DNA of 47,785 bases, from the NCBI GenBank assembly GCA_013213965.1, contig JABSSR010000113.1:1-47785 (forward strand), written 5' to 3'. The notes under the pieces are model-generated. The model saw only the letters and a program-made list of their open reading frames with translations, was not told the origin of the DNA and did not search any database. The DNA is from Verrucomicrobiales bacterium (GTDB lineage Bacteria; Verrucomicrobiota; Verrucomicrobiia; Verrucomicrobiales; DEV007). Every line of letters begins with the position of its first letter. Within the stretch, counting starts at the first letter, position 1. A program made the translations under genes and the position numbers. Below, in pieces: positions 7,732-16,995 of this stretch.

Positions 7732-9246
7732 TTAGTATATGATAATTTCATACTCAAATTCCATCCTTCCGTCCTGAGTCAATTCAATGAGGTCTTGAGG
7801 GACAGGAGGAATATCTGCACGAAGTATACCGCTGATCGAGAAATCAACCATCACAGGATCCGCATCGTTACGAAGGAGTCTAATATCAACTATATCACCT
7901 TTTCCATTAACCCAGAACCTAACCTTTAAAGAACCGAATTTAACAAAATCAGCATGCTCAGTACGCGCGCGATGCCAACTCTTCTGGACCGCCAAATCAA
8001 CCTTCTTCTTATAATGGCCAAGCACCGTCTCCTCCGCATCCAATGCCGCCTGATCAAGATTACTTAATTTTCCAACACTCTTCTTCTTAGGTGAATGAAC
8101 TTGAAATGCTTTCTCTTTTTCTTTCTGTATAGGGTTACGTTCATTTGGTTGGTCTGAAGAATTTAATTCTTCAGACCTTAGAGATTCCCTGCCATTTTCA
8201 GCGATTAGTTCAGATCCTTTATTATTTTGAGGTTCTTTCTCATTAGTATTATTGACATTATCTTTTTTGTTCAATTCGAATTCAATCAGAGATTTTTCTT
8301 CGACTTCCGGTTCATTAAATGAAGATTCTGAAAACAATTCATTGCGGTCGTTCTGTTCTATTTTTTCCGATTCATTATTTTCATTTCTAGTTTTACCTAT
8401 TTTTTTCTCAGAAATAGAATCTGTCCTGGGTTGTTTCTCTGGCGCCCATTGCGGAAGGATCGGTAAAAATTTCACATCCTCTTTTTCTCCATCCAAATAA
8501 TCCTTTTCAGCAAGGTCACCAAACGGAAGATCCTTTCCATCAATATTTGGAACATTGTCATCCCCTTCATCTGAAGACTGGGAATCGCTTGCAGCCAAAG
8601 TATTCCGATCTGATTCCAAATCTGTATTAATAGGTGCAATGGTCGACGGATCGTTCGATTCTGTCCTTATATATGTTTTTTCTTTTTCAAGATCCTCTGG
8701 ATTGTCACGGATGAACATTTCGGGCAACAAAACTATTAATTCTTCTTCCTCTTCTCCTCTGACATCCATTCGTAATTCCACCGAACCTCCCATTTCCTGC
8801 TGATTAGAAGCTACTACAAAATGATAAGAAGTATCTGGTTCAGCAAAGAACACCAATGGTTCACTCTCTTCCTCTTTACGAACTGCAACTTTGACTAAAG
8901 TTTCCATCATCGCCCCTCTGTAAACTCCCACCACATTCTCAAAACCAATCGACTCCACATTTAATTCAACCATACAATTCTCTTGCGCATTCCACTTCCA
9001 CCAAACCGATCCACCGATAGACGTCCCGGCATGAACTGGCTCTCCCATCTCACGAGAAGCGTATGTGAAACCAGAAAAGGAAGAAAAATTGTAACCTGAG
9101 CCTAGATCCAATGCATTATTAAAATCATCATTGCCTGGCGGAAGCGATCGTTTATAGGCAAGCATTGTTGTAATCCCAAAAGCAAAAAGCAAATGCAAAA
9201 CAACAGATCCAAAGACCGCAAATCTTATTTGTTGCCTAATTATCAT
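7732..9246 (-). CDS. TonB-like energy transducer with an atypical N-terminal extracytoplasmic module and a long acidic/polar linker
   Basis: It has an N-terminal TM (FAVFGSVVLHLLFAFGITTMLAY). The C-terminal ~95 aa follow a TonB_C-like pattern (YKKKVDLAVQKSW...GSLKVRFWVNGKGDIVDIRLL...ADIPPVP). It sits directly upstream of exbB-exbD. Confidence 0.7.
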   Translation of the reverse strand: MIIRQQIRFAVFGSVVLHLLFAFGITTMLAYKRSLPPGNDDFNNALDLGSGYNFSSFSGFTYASREMGEPVHAGTSIGGSVWWKWNAQENCMVELNVESIGFENVVGVYRGAMMETLVKVAVRKEEESEPLVFFAEPDTSYHFVVASNQQEMGGSVELRMDVRGEEEEELIVLLPEMFIRDNPEDLEKEKTYIRTESNDPSTIAPINTDLESDRNTLAASDSQSSDEGDDNVPNIDGKDLPFGDLAEKDYLDGEKEDVKFLPILPQWAPEKQPRTDSISEKKIGKTRNENNESEKIEQNDRNELFSESSFNEPEVEEKSLIEFELNKKDNVNNTNEKEPQNNKGSELIAENGRESLRSEELNSSDQPNERNPIQKEKEKAFQVHSPKKKSVGKLSNLDQAALDAEETVLGHYKKKVDLAVQKSWHRARTEHADFVKFGSLKVRFWVNGKGDIVDIRLLRNDADPVMVDFSISGILRADIPPVPQDLIELTQDGRMEFEYEIIIY

Positions 9247-9361
9247 TAGAACCTCATTAGATAAATACCTCCATTTGAGCAGGAATTATCATATTCTTAT
9301 CATTCCATACTTGCCACCTTTCATAAAACATATCAACGAAGTAAAATCCAAATCACATTGA

Positions 9362-9985
9362 CTATTTAACGAAGTAGCTCAAATGCTCAAGCTCCAGTGC
9401 TAAATCAACAGAATTCACAATAACATTATCGGGAGTCTTTAATACGGTCGGAGAGAAATTAAGAAATGCTTGGACACCTGCCTGCACAAGATTGTTTGCA
9501 ACCTCTTGCGCTGTTTCTGGAGGAACGGCCAAAATGGCAATCTTAACGTTATTTTCATTAACGAATTGTGCCATTAATGAAACCTCCATTACCGGCACAT
9601 TTGCCTTCACTAACTTGACACGATTTGGATCAGCATCAAATGCCGCAGAAATCTCAAAACCCTCCTTAACAAAACCTCTATATCTTAGAAGCGCTGCACC
9701 TAGATTACCAACTCCCACTAAAATAACAGGTAATAGACTATTTGTCCCTAAGACACCTGTAATAACCTCAACCAATGCTTCAACATTATAGCCAAGCCCC
9801 CGAGTTCCAAATTGCCCAAAATGTGCCAAGTCTTTCCTTAGTTGAGTCGATTTCACTCCGGCAGCCTTTGCCAGAGCATTAGAGGAAACAGTCTTAAGGC
9901 CATTCTCTTTGAGCCTTTCCAGGCACCGCTGATAAATTGACAATCTATAAATCGATTTCCTCGGTATGTCAGTTTGTGAAGACAC
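9362..9985 (-). CDS. rex: Redox-sensing transcriptional repressor Rex
   Basis: Winged-helix N-terminus (SIYRLSIYQRCLERL...SSNALA) plus an NAD(H) Rossmann motif VILVGVGNLGAALL. GTG start; there is no in-frame ATG near the N-terminus. Confidence 0.9.
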   Translation of the reverse strand: MSSQTDIPRKSIYRLSIYQRCLERLKENGLKTVSSNALAKAAGVKSTQLRKDLAHFGQFGTRGLGYNVEALVEVITGVLGTNSLLPVILVGVGNLGAALLRYRGFVKEGFEISAAFDADPNRVKLVKANVPVMEVSLMAQFVNENNVKIAILAVPPETAQEVANNLVQAGVQAFLNFSPTVLKTPDNVIVNSVDLALELEHLSYFVK

Positions 9986-10124
9986 GTGATAATGTGATTT
10001 TTCTCAATTAAATCTTATTTTAATGACACTGCGCAAGCTCTAAAGATTAGAGGTGTGATCTGTCTACCATTCCGTTAATGCAAAAACAGAATGCTTTAAT
10101 TAAGATATTATATGTTTCCTATTC

Positions 10125-11519
10125 TTAAGAATAGGATTCTTCAACGCGCTTAGCTACGTCTCTGTAGTCATAGTCCGCATTATAAATCTCTTTGAAACTC
10201 TCAAGAGATTTTCCCTTGTCGCCTAACTTGTTATATACCAATCCAATATTATACAAAATCTCCTTCTTCGTATTATCCATGGCAAAGAGCTCTCCATTAG
10301 CATCGTTCAGAGAACTTACAGCCAAGTCGTACATTTTCATTTCATCATAGCACCGCCCCAACATAAGCATAGAGCGGATACGGATGTGCGGATTGTTCTT
10401 TGCTTTCTGAAGATGCGGGATCGCTTCTCGATATTGTCTTGCTGTAAACAAGTGAGAACCAAGATCAAAACGAAGTTGCGGATCGGTCGGATTGCGTTCA
10501 ACGCGAATCTCGGCTTCTTTGATTTGCTGTTCTATTGAAGCGTTTCGCAGTTCATCTAATTGCGCTTTCTTGTCTTCAACCCCATCTCCTCCCACTTCAA
10601 TATCTGATTCCAAATTCTTAATTTTTTGAGCCCTTAAATTATCTTTAGCGTCTTCAGCTTTGCGCTGAAGGGTTTCGTCAGATTCGCTCAATGAAAAAGC
10701 ATACTCATAATAAGATGCCGAATTCTCCCAATCTTCCAATCTCTCATATAAATCTGCAATCTTTTTAACAACATCGAGATTCTGCGGATCTTCTGAATAT
10801 TGGGCTCCAAGATCTGCAAGCTGAGCTTCCATCTGTTCCTTAGTCGCGCCTATCCTTGCAGCAGTCTCAAGACTTTGCGCTTCATCCTGGTCCTTGAGAA
10901 GATCCTTAAAAGAACGATCTGCAAGCCCCCAACCGCCTTTGGCCATGGTCGCCTGTGCTGATGCATCTTTAGATTTTTTACGAGCTTCCCCATCAGAAGG
11001 ATCTGATTCAACTATCTGTTCATAAATTAATGCAGCTTCTGTCCCATCACCTTGAGCCAAATAATGATCCCCAAGCTTATGAAGGTTTTTGGAATTCCTA
11101 GGATGGCCTTCGCGAATCGTTTCTAATCCGAAAGTAGCGACTTCAGGAATACCCAGAGCCATGAAGGCTTCGTAAAAGAGAGTATTTGCTTCAACATTAT
11201 AAGGATCACTGTCTAGTTTTTTTTCTATGTCCTCAATAGCGCCAAGAGGATCCTTCTTAATTTTATTCTTAGCCTTCATCATCCCTCCCGAAAGAAGACT
11301 CTTGCCTTTCTTACCAGAAGTACGCCACCTAGCACCTTGAGCCGCCCTCAATATTTCCCGCCCCTTTAAGAAACAAGGCTCTTCCTTCAATATATTATGA
11401 AGAATACTCAAAGCATAATCATAATTCGATAACTCAATAGCACTCTGTGCCTTAAGAAAAAGTGTAACTTGTTTGGGATCGAGCTGCTCTTCGGTAATGA
11501 GCTCCTTAGGTGCATCCAT
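10125..11519 (-). CDS. Cytoplasmic TPR-repeat protein with a central acidic coiled-coil region
   Basis: 464 aa with no signal peptide. TPR-like helix pairs occur at both ends (for example YDLAVSSLNDA...GLVYNKLGDKGKSLESFKEI). Function unknown. Confidence 0.75.
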   Translation of the reverse strand: MDAPKELITEEQLDPKQVTLFLKAQSAIELSNYDYALSILHNILKEEPCFLKGREILRAAQGARWRTSGKKGKSLLSGGMMKAKNKIKKDPLGAIEDIEKKLDSDPYNVEANTLFYEAFMALGIPEVATFGLETIREGHPRNSKNLHKLGDHYLAQGDGTEAALIYEQIVESDPSDGEARKKSKDASAQATMAKGGWGLADRSFKDLLKDQDEAQSLETAARIGATKEQMEAQLADLGAQYSEDPQNLDVVKKIADLYERLEDWENSASYYEYAFSLSESDETLQRKAEDAKDNLRAQKIKNLESDIEVGGDGVEDKKAQLDELRNASIEQQIKEAEIRVERNPTDPQLRFDLGSHLFTARQYREAIPHLQKAKNNPHIRIRSMLMLGRCYDEMKMYDLAVSSLNDANGELFAMDNTKKEILYNIGLVYNKLGDKGKSLESFKEIYNADYDYRDVAKRVEESYS

Positions 11520-11851
11520 ATTCGATTCTAGGGGTTTGTTTTTGGAGTATAAGGAAAAAGAAAAAAATAATAGTTTGGAGCAGAATTTAGCCTCTTACTG
11601 GTAGATCATGCAAGGCATCTAATATCATTTTTACTCCTTTCCTTAAATTATCAAATTCAGCTTCTAAAATGACCCTTTAAGGAAATCCAATTTTCCTGAA
11701 AATTATAATCGTGAGAAACCATTCATCCTAAAAGATATAAAATACACTAATATTATAGATGTTTTGTGATTTTAATTAATATACCATCGGTGAAACAAAG
11801 TAAGTTAATAATGTTGGTTGCGTGAGATTTTGACTGTGGTTCAATGTCTAA

Positions 11852-12355
11852 ATGATTAAGAAATTTAAACTATTTCTCCTTTTTCTCCTTTTACTGTTCT
11901 TAACTGCGGCAAAAAGGAAAGATTCTGGACTAATGAGTTTTCATCTGGAATCAGCTGGATCTGAATCTCAGAAAGACACCGTTAAGGTCAACATCGATGC
12001 CAAAGTCTATCAGGTATTAATTAAACCCGCTTTTAACCAAAAAGATATTGAAGGATTTTACCCGTTCCTCACAGAAAAGGGTGAAAGCTTTGGAATCTCC
12101 TTCAAACTAAAAAAGAAAGCTGCAACAAAATTACAAACTCTTTCAACTGTTGCAACAGGACGGAGACTTTTTACTGTATTTGGAACAAACCCCATGGACT
12201 TTGTTGTAATCGACGGACCCATATCACATGGATTTCTCACCTGCTGGAAAGGCTTTAACGAAAAACACATAGAAAGATTTAAAGATGCAGGACTAAAATT
12301 GATTACGCCAGAAAAAACGAGTCCAACTATAAATCCACCGCCTGCCATCGACTAA
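11852..12355 (+). CDS. Hypothetical secreted protein
   Basis: 167 aa with signal-like MIKKFKLFLLFLLLLFLTAA. The segment TGRRLFTVFGTNPMDFVVIDGPISHGFLTCWKGFNEKHIERFKDAGL loosely resembles the SecD P1-head pattern. That is a weak impression only. Confidence 0.5.
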   Translation: MIKKFKLFLLFLLLLFLTAAKRKDSGLMSFHLESAGSESQKDTVKVNIDAKVYQVLIKPAFNQKDIEGFYPFLTEKGESFGISFKLKKKAATKLQTLSTVATGRRLFTVFGTNPMDFVVIDGPISHGFLTCWKGFNEKHIERFKDAGLKLITPEKTSPTINPPPAID

Positions 12356-12403
12356 TCTGAATTACTTGCAAATTGATTGGGCAAACATTTTACGCTAATT
12401 GAA

Positions 12404-13447
12404 ATGCATTTGAAAAAGTCGATTAGAATCGCTTCATTAACTGTTTGGTTCAATTCAGTTATAGTATGTGAAGCACAATACAAACGACTAGAACTGGTCT
12501 TAGCTACTCCTAACAAAGCTATATTCGGACCGGATATTTCTCAGTTCTATATGTATACGAATCGATCCTTTGAGGGCCAGCCAAGCAAACCTTGGCAAGG
12601 TGGCAAATATGGTTATGTACGAAATCCAAAAAGAACTGCCTCAGGTATAATATATTCTAAATTTCATGAAGGAGTTGACATTAGGCCAATAGAAAGAAAT
12701 TCAAGAGGGGTTCCTTTGGATGAAATCTGCTCGATTGCTTCTGGTAAAGTGATGCATACAAGCAAGTCGGCAGGAGCAAGTAATTATGGTCGCTATGTGG
12801 TGATAGAACACGATTGGGGTTATGGAAAGTTTTATAGCCTTTACGCTCACCTTTCTGACATCTCTTGCAAGGTCGGGCAATCAGTAAGGCCCGGCACGAG
12901 TATCGCTACACTTGGATATACAGGTGATGGTATTGATAAAACCCGAGCACATCTGCATCTGGAACTCAATCTGATGATCAGCCGAAACTTTGAAAGATGG
13001 TATCGCAGGCACTATGTCGCACCAAACAAACACAGTTTATATAATGGAATCAATCTTGCAGGAATTGATATTTCAAAACTTTACAAAGAACACCAAAAGA
13101 ACCCCTCAATAACCTTACCGCAATTCATTAAAACAACTAAACCATATTGGAAGTTATTGGTTCCCAATCAAGGAATGCCACTAATTATGAAATCTTACCC
13201 TTGGCTAGCAAGGAACATGGCAGATGCCACTAAAAATCCATCATGGGAAATTAAAATGAGTCGGTCAGGAATTCCTCTGGAAATCAATCCTCATAATAAG
13301 AAAGTAAACTCGCCAACAATTGACTGGGTCGAATATTCAGCCACTCCTCATTCATGGAACACCAGATCTCGACTCACTGGAAGCAAAGGCAAAGCCAAGC
13401 TAACAGCTAGTGGATTGCGTTTCGTCCAACTCCTGATGGAAAAATAA
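12404..13447 (+). CDS. M23 (LytM-type) metallopeptidase with a C-terminal extension
   Basis: HEGVDI (HxxxD), YAHL and HLHLEL (HxH) zinc motifs are present. I trimmed the start to the ATG at 12404 (MHLKKSIRIASLTVWFNSVIVCEA, a signal peptide). The track start at 12377 is TTG. Confidence 0.85.
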   Translation: MHLKKSIRIASLTVWFNSVIVCEAQYKRLELVLATPNKAIFGPDISQFYMYTNRSFEGQPSKPWQGGKYGYVRNPKRTASGIIYSKFHEGVDIRPIERNSRGVPLDEICSIASGKVMHTSKSAGASNYGRYVVIEHDWGYGKFYSLYAHLSDISCKVGQSVRPGTSIATLGYTGDGIDKTRAHLHLELNLMISRNFERWYRRHYVAPNKHSLYNGINLAGIDISKLYKEHQKNPSITLPQFIKTTKPYWKLLVPNQGMPLIMKSYPWLARNMADATKNPSWEIKMSRSGIPLEINPHNKKVNSPTIDWVEYSATPHSWNTRSRLTGSKGKAKLTASGLRFVQLLMEK

Positions 13448-13452
13448 ATTAT

Positions 13453-14784
13453 TTAAATACTAACTTCTCTAAGCAGCAGACGATTGAGGCGAATACAATC
13501 ATAAAAATTTTGAATAAGAAAGTTTTCGTTCGGCGCATGGATCTGGCAATCAGGCAAGGCGAAGCCAAGCAACAAGGTGTCAGAACCTAAGACCTCCTTG
13601 AAGGTCTGAACGATAGGAATACTTCCGCCCTCACGTATAAGCGCCGGTTCACGGCCAAAAGCTTCCCTAAGAGCATTTTGAGCAGCTTTCCCATAAGCTG
13701 ATTTCGGATCCATCAGGTAAGCTTTTCCACTGTGCCCAAACTCGCATTCTATTCTGATGCCAGGAGTAAGATGTAATTCAAGGTGCTCTTTAACAAGTTT
13801 CAGTATATTTTCAGGGTCCTGATCAGGAACCAGTCTGAATGAAAGCTTAGCAAAACTCTGGGACGGTATCACGGTCTTTGATCCTTCTCCCTGATAACCA
13901 CCGCCGATACCGTTCACCTCAGCAGTGGGACGGGCCCATCTCCTTTCGGCATCAGTGAACCCTATCTCGCCAAATAATTCACTGGATCCTGTAAGCTCTA
14001 GTGTCTCAGCTTCATTAACAGGAAGTCCAGCCCAGGCATCCCTCTCCCATTCTTGGATTTCTCTTACATCATCATAGAAGCCTGCCACCTTTATCTTCCC
14101 ATCAGAATCATGAAGACTTGAAATGAGTTTTGCTATAGCTGTGGATGGGTTTGCTATTGATCCTCCAAAAACCCCAGAATGTAAATCAGTTGAAGGCCCA
14201 TGAAGAGTAATCTCCATACAAGCAATACCTCTCAACCCATAAGTAAAAGTACCAATTCCTGGCCCTATCATTCCTGTATCTGAAACTGCAATAACATCAC
14301 AATCGAGATCCTTCCGATACTTCTCCAGAAATGGCCCCAAGTTTGGGCTGCCTATCTCTTCTTCACCCTCAACGAGTAAAATAACATTTACAGGTAACTC
14401 ACCCTCTTCATTAATTATTTCACCCAAACCTAATAAGTGAGCAAGGTTCTGCCCCTTATTGTCTGTGGAACCTCTAGCATAAATTTTACCATCATCAATC
14501 CGGGGCTCAAATGGAGGCGATTCCCAAAGATCAATAGGATCTGCTGGTTGAACGTCATAATGCCCATAAATCATGATCGTTGGCAACCCTTCACGATGCT
14601 CATTCTTTCCTATTACTATCGGATGTCCTGGCGTCTCATAAATCTGAGACTCAAGGCCCTTATCGATCATTTTTTTTCTGAGCCATTCTGCACAATCCTT
14701 TACATCATTGGAATAAGCACTGTCTGTAGAAATACTGGGAAACTTTAGATATGTAATTAAATCTTCAAGGTGCTCCTCATTCAT
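13453..14784 (-). CDS. M20-family dipeptidase/deacylase
   Basis: GHYDVQP, ARGSTDNKG and LVEGEEEIGS motifs are typical of M20 (ArgE/DapE/ACY1) enzymes with a dimerisation domain. Confidence 0.85.
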   Translation of the reverse strand: MNEEHLEDLITYLKFPSISTDSAYSNDVKDCAEWLRKKMIDKGLESQIYETPGHPIVIGKNEHREGLPTIMIYGHYDVQPADPIDLWESPPFEPRIDDGKIYARGSTDNKGQNLAHLLGLGEIINEEGELPVNVILLVEGEEEIGSPNLGPFLEKYRKDLDCDVIAVSDTGMIGPGIGTFTYGLRGIACMEITLHGPSTDLHSGVFGGSIANPSTAIAKLISSLHDSDGKIKVAGFYDDVREIQEWERDAWAGLPVNEAETLELTGSSELFGEIGFTDAERRWARPTAEVNGIGGGYQGEGSKTVIPSQSFAKLSFRLVPDQDPENILKLVKEHLELHLTPGIRIECEFGHSGKAYLMDPKSAYGKAAQNALREAFGREPALIREGGSIPIVQTFKEVLGSDTLLLGFALPDCQIHAPNENFLIQNFYDCIRLNRLLLREVSI

Positions 14785-14815
14785 AATTATTACCGATACA
14801 CTAAATTAAAATTTA

Positions 14816-15514
14816 TTACCAATAGCCTCTTTTGGCACGTTCTGCTGCCTGCAAATTCTGATAAGCAAGGAATCCAAAAAGAATCATTCCAAATATATAT
14901 CCCAGCTGCAACAAAATGATACCTGCAACAAAAGCAGTAAATGCTCCTATTTTTCCCCGAAGTACCGGCTTCTTATCATTCATTATATGCCCAAGTAATT
15001 GTCCGCCATCCAATGGCATAATGGGGAGAAAATTTAAGAACGACCAAAAAGTATTTAGATAACACATATTCTTTAAAAAAATATACAAATAAACACCTCC
15101 AGCTGATTGCCAGTTAATCGGAAAAAATCCCCTAACATATAAAAGTAAAATCCCATAACATATTAGTGCCATCAGAAATCCAAATAAGGGACCAGCAATA
15201 GTAATTATAATTTTTTGTTTCCTTGTGTAGTGACCATGCACGGACGCCATCCCGCCCATCCCATGAATAAAAACACTTGGCCTCCCTCCGTACCTTCGAT
15301 AAGCGAATGCATGACCCAATTCGTGACCAAGAATCGAAATAAAAAAAACGATAACCAGTATTAATAAAAACCGTGTCTGTTCGACTGGATCTCCCCCCAC
15401 ACCTGCACCAAATAGAATCGGTATTACCCAAAAAGACCAATGAATAGCAATAGGAAAGCCAAATAAACGGAAACGCAAAGTTCCCGGTTGATTCGGATCT
15501 GTTCTGAAAAACAT
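14816..15514 (-). CDS. M50 site-2-protease-family membrane metalloprotease
   Basis: A polytopic membrane protein with HELGHAF (HExxH) in a TM segment and NFLPIMPLDGG (the LDG motif). Confidence 0.8.
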   Translation of the reverse strand: MFFRTDPNQPGTLRFRLFGFPIAIHWSFWVIPILFGAGVGGDPVEQTRFLLILVIVFFISILGHELGHAFAYRRYGGRPSVFIHGMGGMASVHGHYTRKQKIIITIAGPLFGFLMALICYGILLLYVRGFFPINWQSAGGVYLYIFLKNMCYLNTFWSFLNFLPIMPLDGGQLLGHIMNDKKPVLRGKIGAFTAFVAGIILLQLGYIFGMILFGFLAYQNLQAAERAKRGYW

Positions 15515-15584
15515 CTTCGCAAATAATTTACAGCAAAGCGAAGATAGGTTCCCTTAATCGCAATCTGGATGCAGTTGAAATTCC

Positions 15585-16898
15585 TTAGATAAATTCGTTA
15601 ATCAGATTCTCCAGCATTTCTTGACGGCCACTCTTAAGGTCTGGTTCACCGTTAGCCAAAACATGAGCTTCTAGTTCCTCAAAGCCGACCTCACCGGATT
15701 CAATTTTTGCTCCGATCCCAGAATCATAACTCGAATACCTGTCATTAACGAAATCACTGAGGCGACCATCCTCACGAATTGCATGCGCAATTTTTAAACC
15801 ACGGGCAAATGCATCCATTCCTCCAATATGAGCATGGAATAAATCAACCGGTTCAAAACTTTCCCTGCGACACTTGGCATCGAAGTTAAGTCCCCCAGTC
15901 GTAAATCCGCCCATTTCAAGAATCTCCAGCATTATTTGTGTTGTGAGGTAAATGTCAGTTGGGAACTGATCAGTATCCCAACCGATGAGCTCGTCTCCCG
16001 TATTTGCATCCACAGATCCAAGAGCGTCAGCAGAGGCGGCCACACGCATTTCATGCATCATTGTGTGCCCGGCTAGTGTTGCATGATTTGTCTCGAGGTT
16101 AAGCTTAAGATGATCAAGAAGATCATGCTCACGCAAAAAGTTAAGGCAAGCGGCCGCGTCAGAATCATATTGATGTGTAGAAGGCTCTCTTGGTTTTGGC
16201 TCAATATAAAACTGTCCCTCAAAACCAATCTTCTTTTTATGATCCACCGCCATGTGCAGTAATCTGGCTAAATGATCCAACTCACGTTTAAGATCAGTAT
16301 TCCATAGCGTCGAGTAGCCCTCTCTGCCCCCCCAAAATGTATAACCTGTTCCACCTAATCTGTGAGTCACCTCCATCGCCTTTTTAACTTGTGCGGCGGC
16401 ATAGGCAAAGACATCTGCATTGGGACTTGTAGCCGCACCCTGATTGTAACGGAAATGAGCAAACAGGCAGGCCGTTCCCCACAATAACTTTATCCCTGTT
16501 CGTTGCTGCTCTACAGCTAATACATCTGCTACAGCATCAAGAGCAACATTTGATTCCTCAAGAGTATTAAGTTCAGGAGCAACGTCCCGGTCATGAAAAC
16601 AATAATATTCCACGCCCAATTTTTCCATGAATTCGAATGCAACTCGGGCTCTGTTTTGAGCATTCTCAACAGAATCACTTCCATCATCCCAGGGCCGTTG
16701 AGCAGTCCCTCCCCCAAAAGGATCGGCAAGTGGATTTCGCATCGCATGCCAGTAAGCAACCGAAAAACGCATATGCTCCTTCATTGCCTTGCCACCGACT
16801 TCCTCATCAGCGTTATAATGTTTAAATGCGAGAGGATTCTTTGAACTTGGACCCTCGTATTGAATTTTCTGTATTTCTGGAAATGCTTCAGATGACAT
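15585..16898 (-). CDS. xylA: Xylose isomerase
   Basis: FCFHDRD, WGGREGY and FYIEPKP motifs are present. I trimmed the start to the ATG at 16898 ([16 protein letters not shown]...NPLAFKHY, a typical class II N-terminus). The track start at 16946 is TTG. Confidence 0.95.
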   Translation of the reverse strand: MSSEAFPEIQKIQYEGPSSKNPLAFKHYNADEEVGGKAMKEHMRFSVAYWHAMRNPLADPFGGGTAQRPWDDGSDSVENAQNRARVAFEFMEKLGVEYYCFHDRDVAPELNTLEESNVALDAVADVLAVEQQRTGIKLLWGTACLFAHFRYNQGAATSPNADVFAYAAAQVKKAMEVTHRLGGTGYTFWGGREGYSTLWNTDLKRELDHLARLLHMAVDHKKKIGFEGQFYIEPKPREPSTHQYDSDAAACLNFLREHDLLDHLKLNLETNHATLAGHTMMHEMRVAASADALGSVDANTGDELIGWDTDQFPTDIYLTTQIMLEILEMGGFTTGGLNFDAKCRRESFEPVDLFHAHIGGMDAFARGLKIAHAIREDGRLSDFVNDRYSSYDSGIGAKIESGEVGFEELEAHVLANGEPDLKSGRQEMLENLINEFI

Positions 16899-16995
16899 TG
16901 AACCGTGATCATTCCCCGCCAAGCAATACCCGTCAAGAGGGAACAATGAGAAGTGTTAAAAAAACCAACAATAACAACCCTTTAATTTTTGAATT

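Noticed and set aside
8040-8760. Possible tandem repeat or CRISPR-like periodicity in the TonB-like linker region
   Set aside because: The nucleotide sequence is compositionally biased (GA/AT-rich, encoding E/K/N/S) but shows no exact repeating unit. The whole window has no repeat-spacer architecture.
9961-10000. Possible Rex operator at the rex start (TTGTGAAGACACGTGATAATGTGA on the plus strand)
   Set aside because: Only one half-site matches TTGTGAA/TTCACAA. The partner half at the correct 4-nt spacing is CGTGATA, a poor match.
11730-11800. dif/XerCD-like or DnaA-box-like AT-rich motifs in the large intergenic gap
   Set aside because: There is no acceptable match to the dif core (…CATAATGTATATTATG…) or to TTATCCACA clusters. 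Gene orientation shows no strand-bias switch here.
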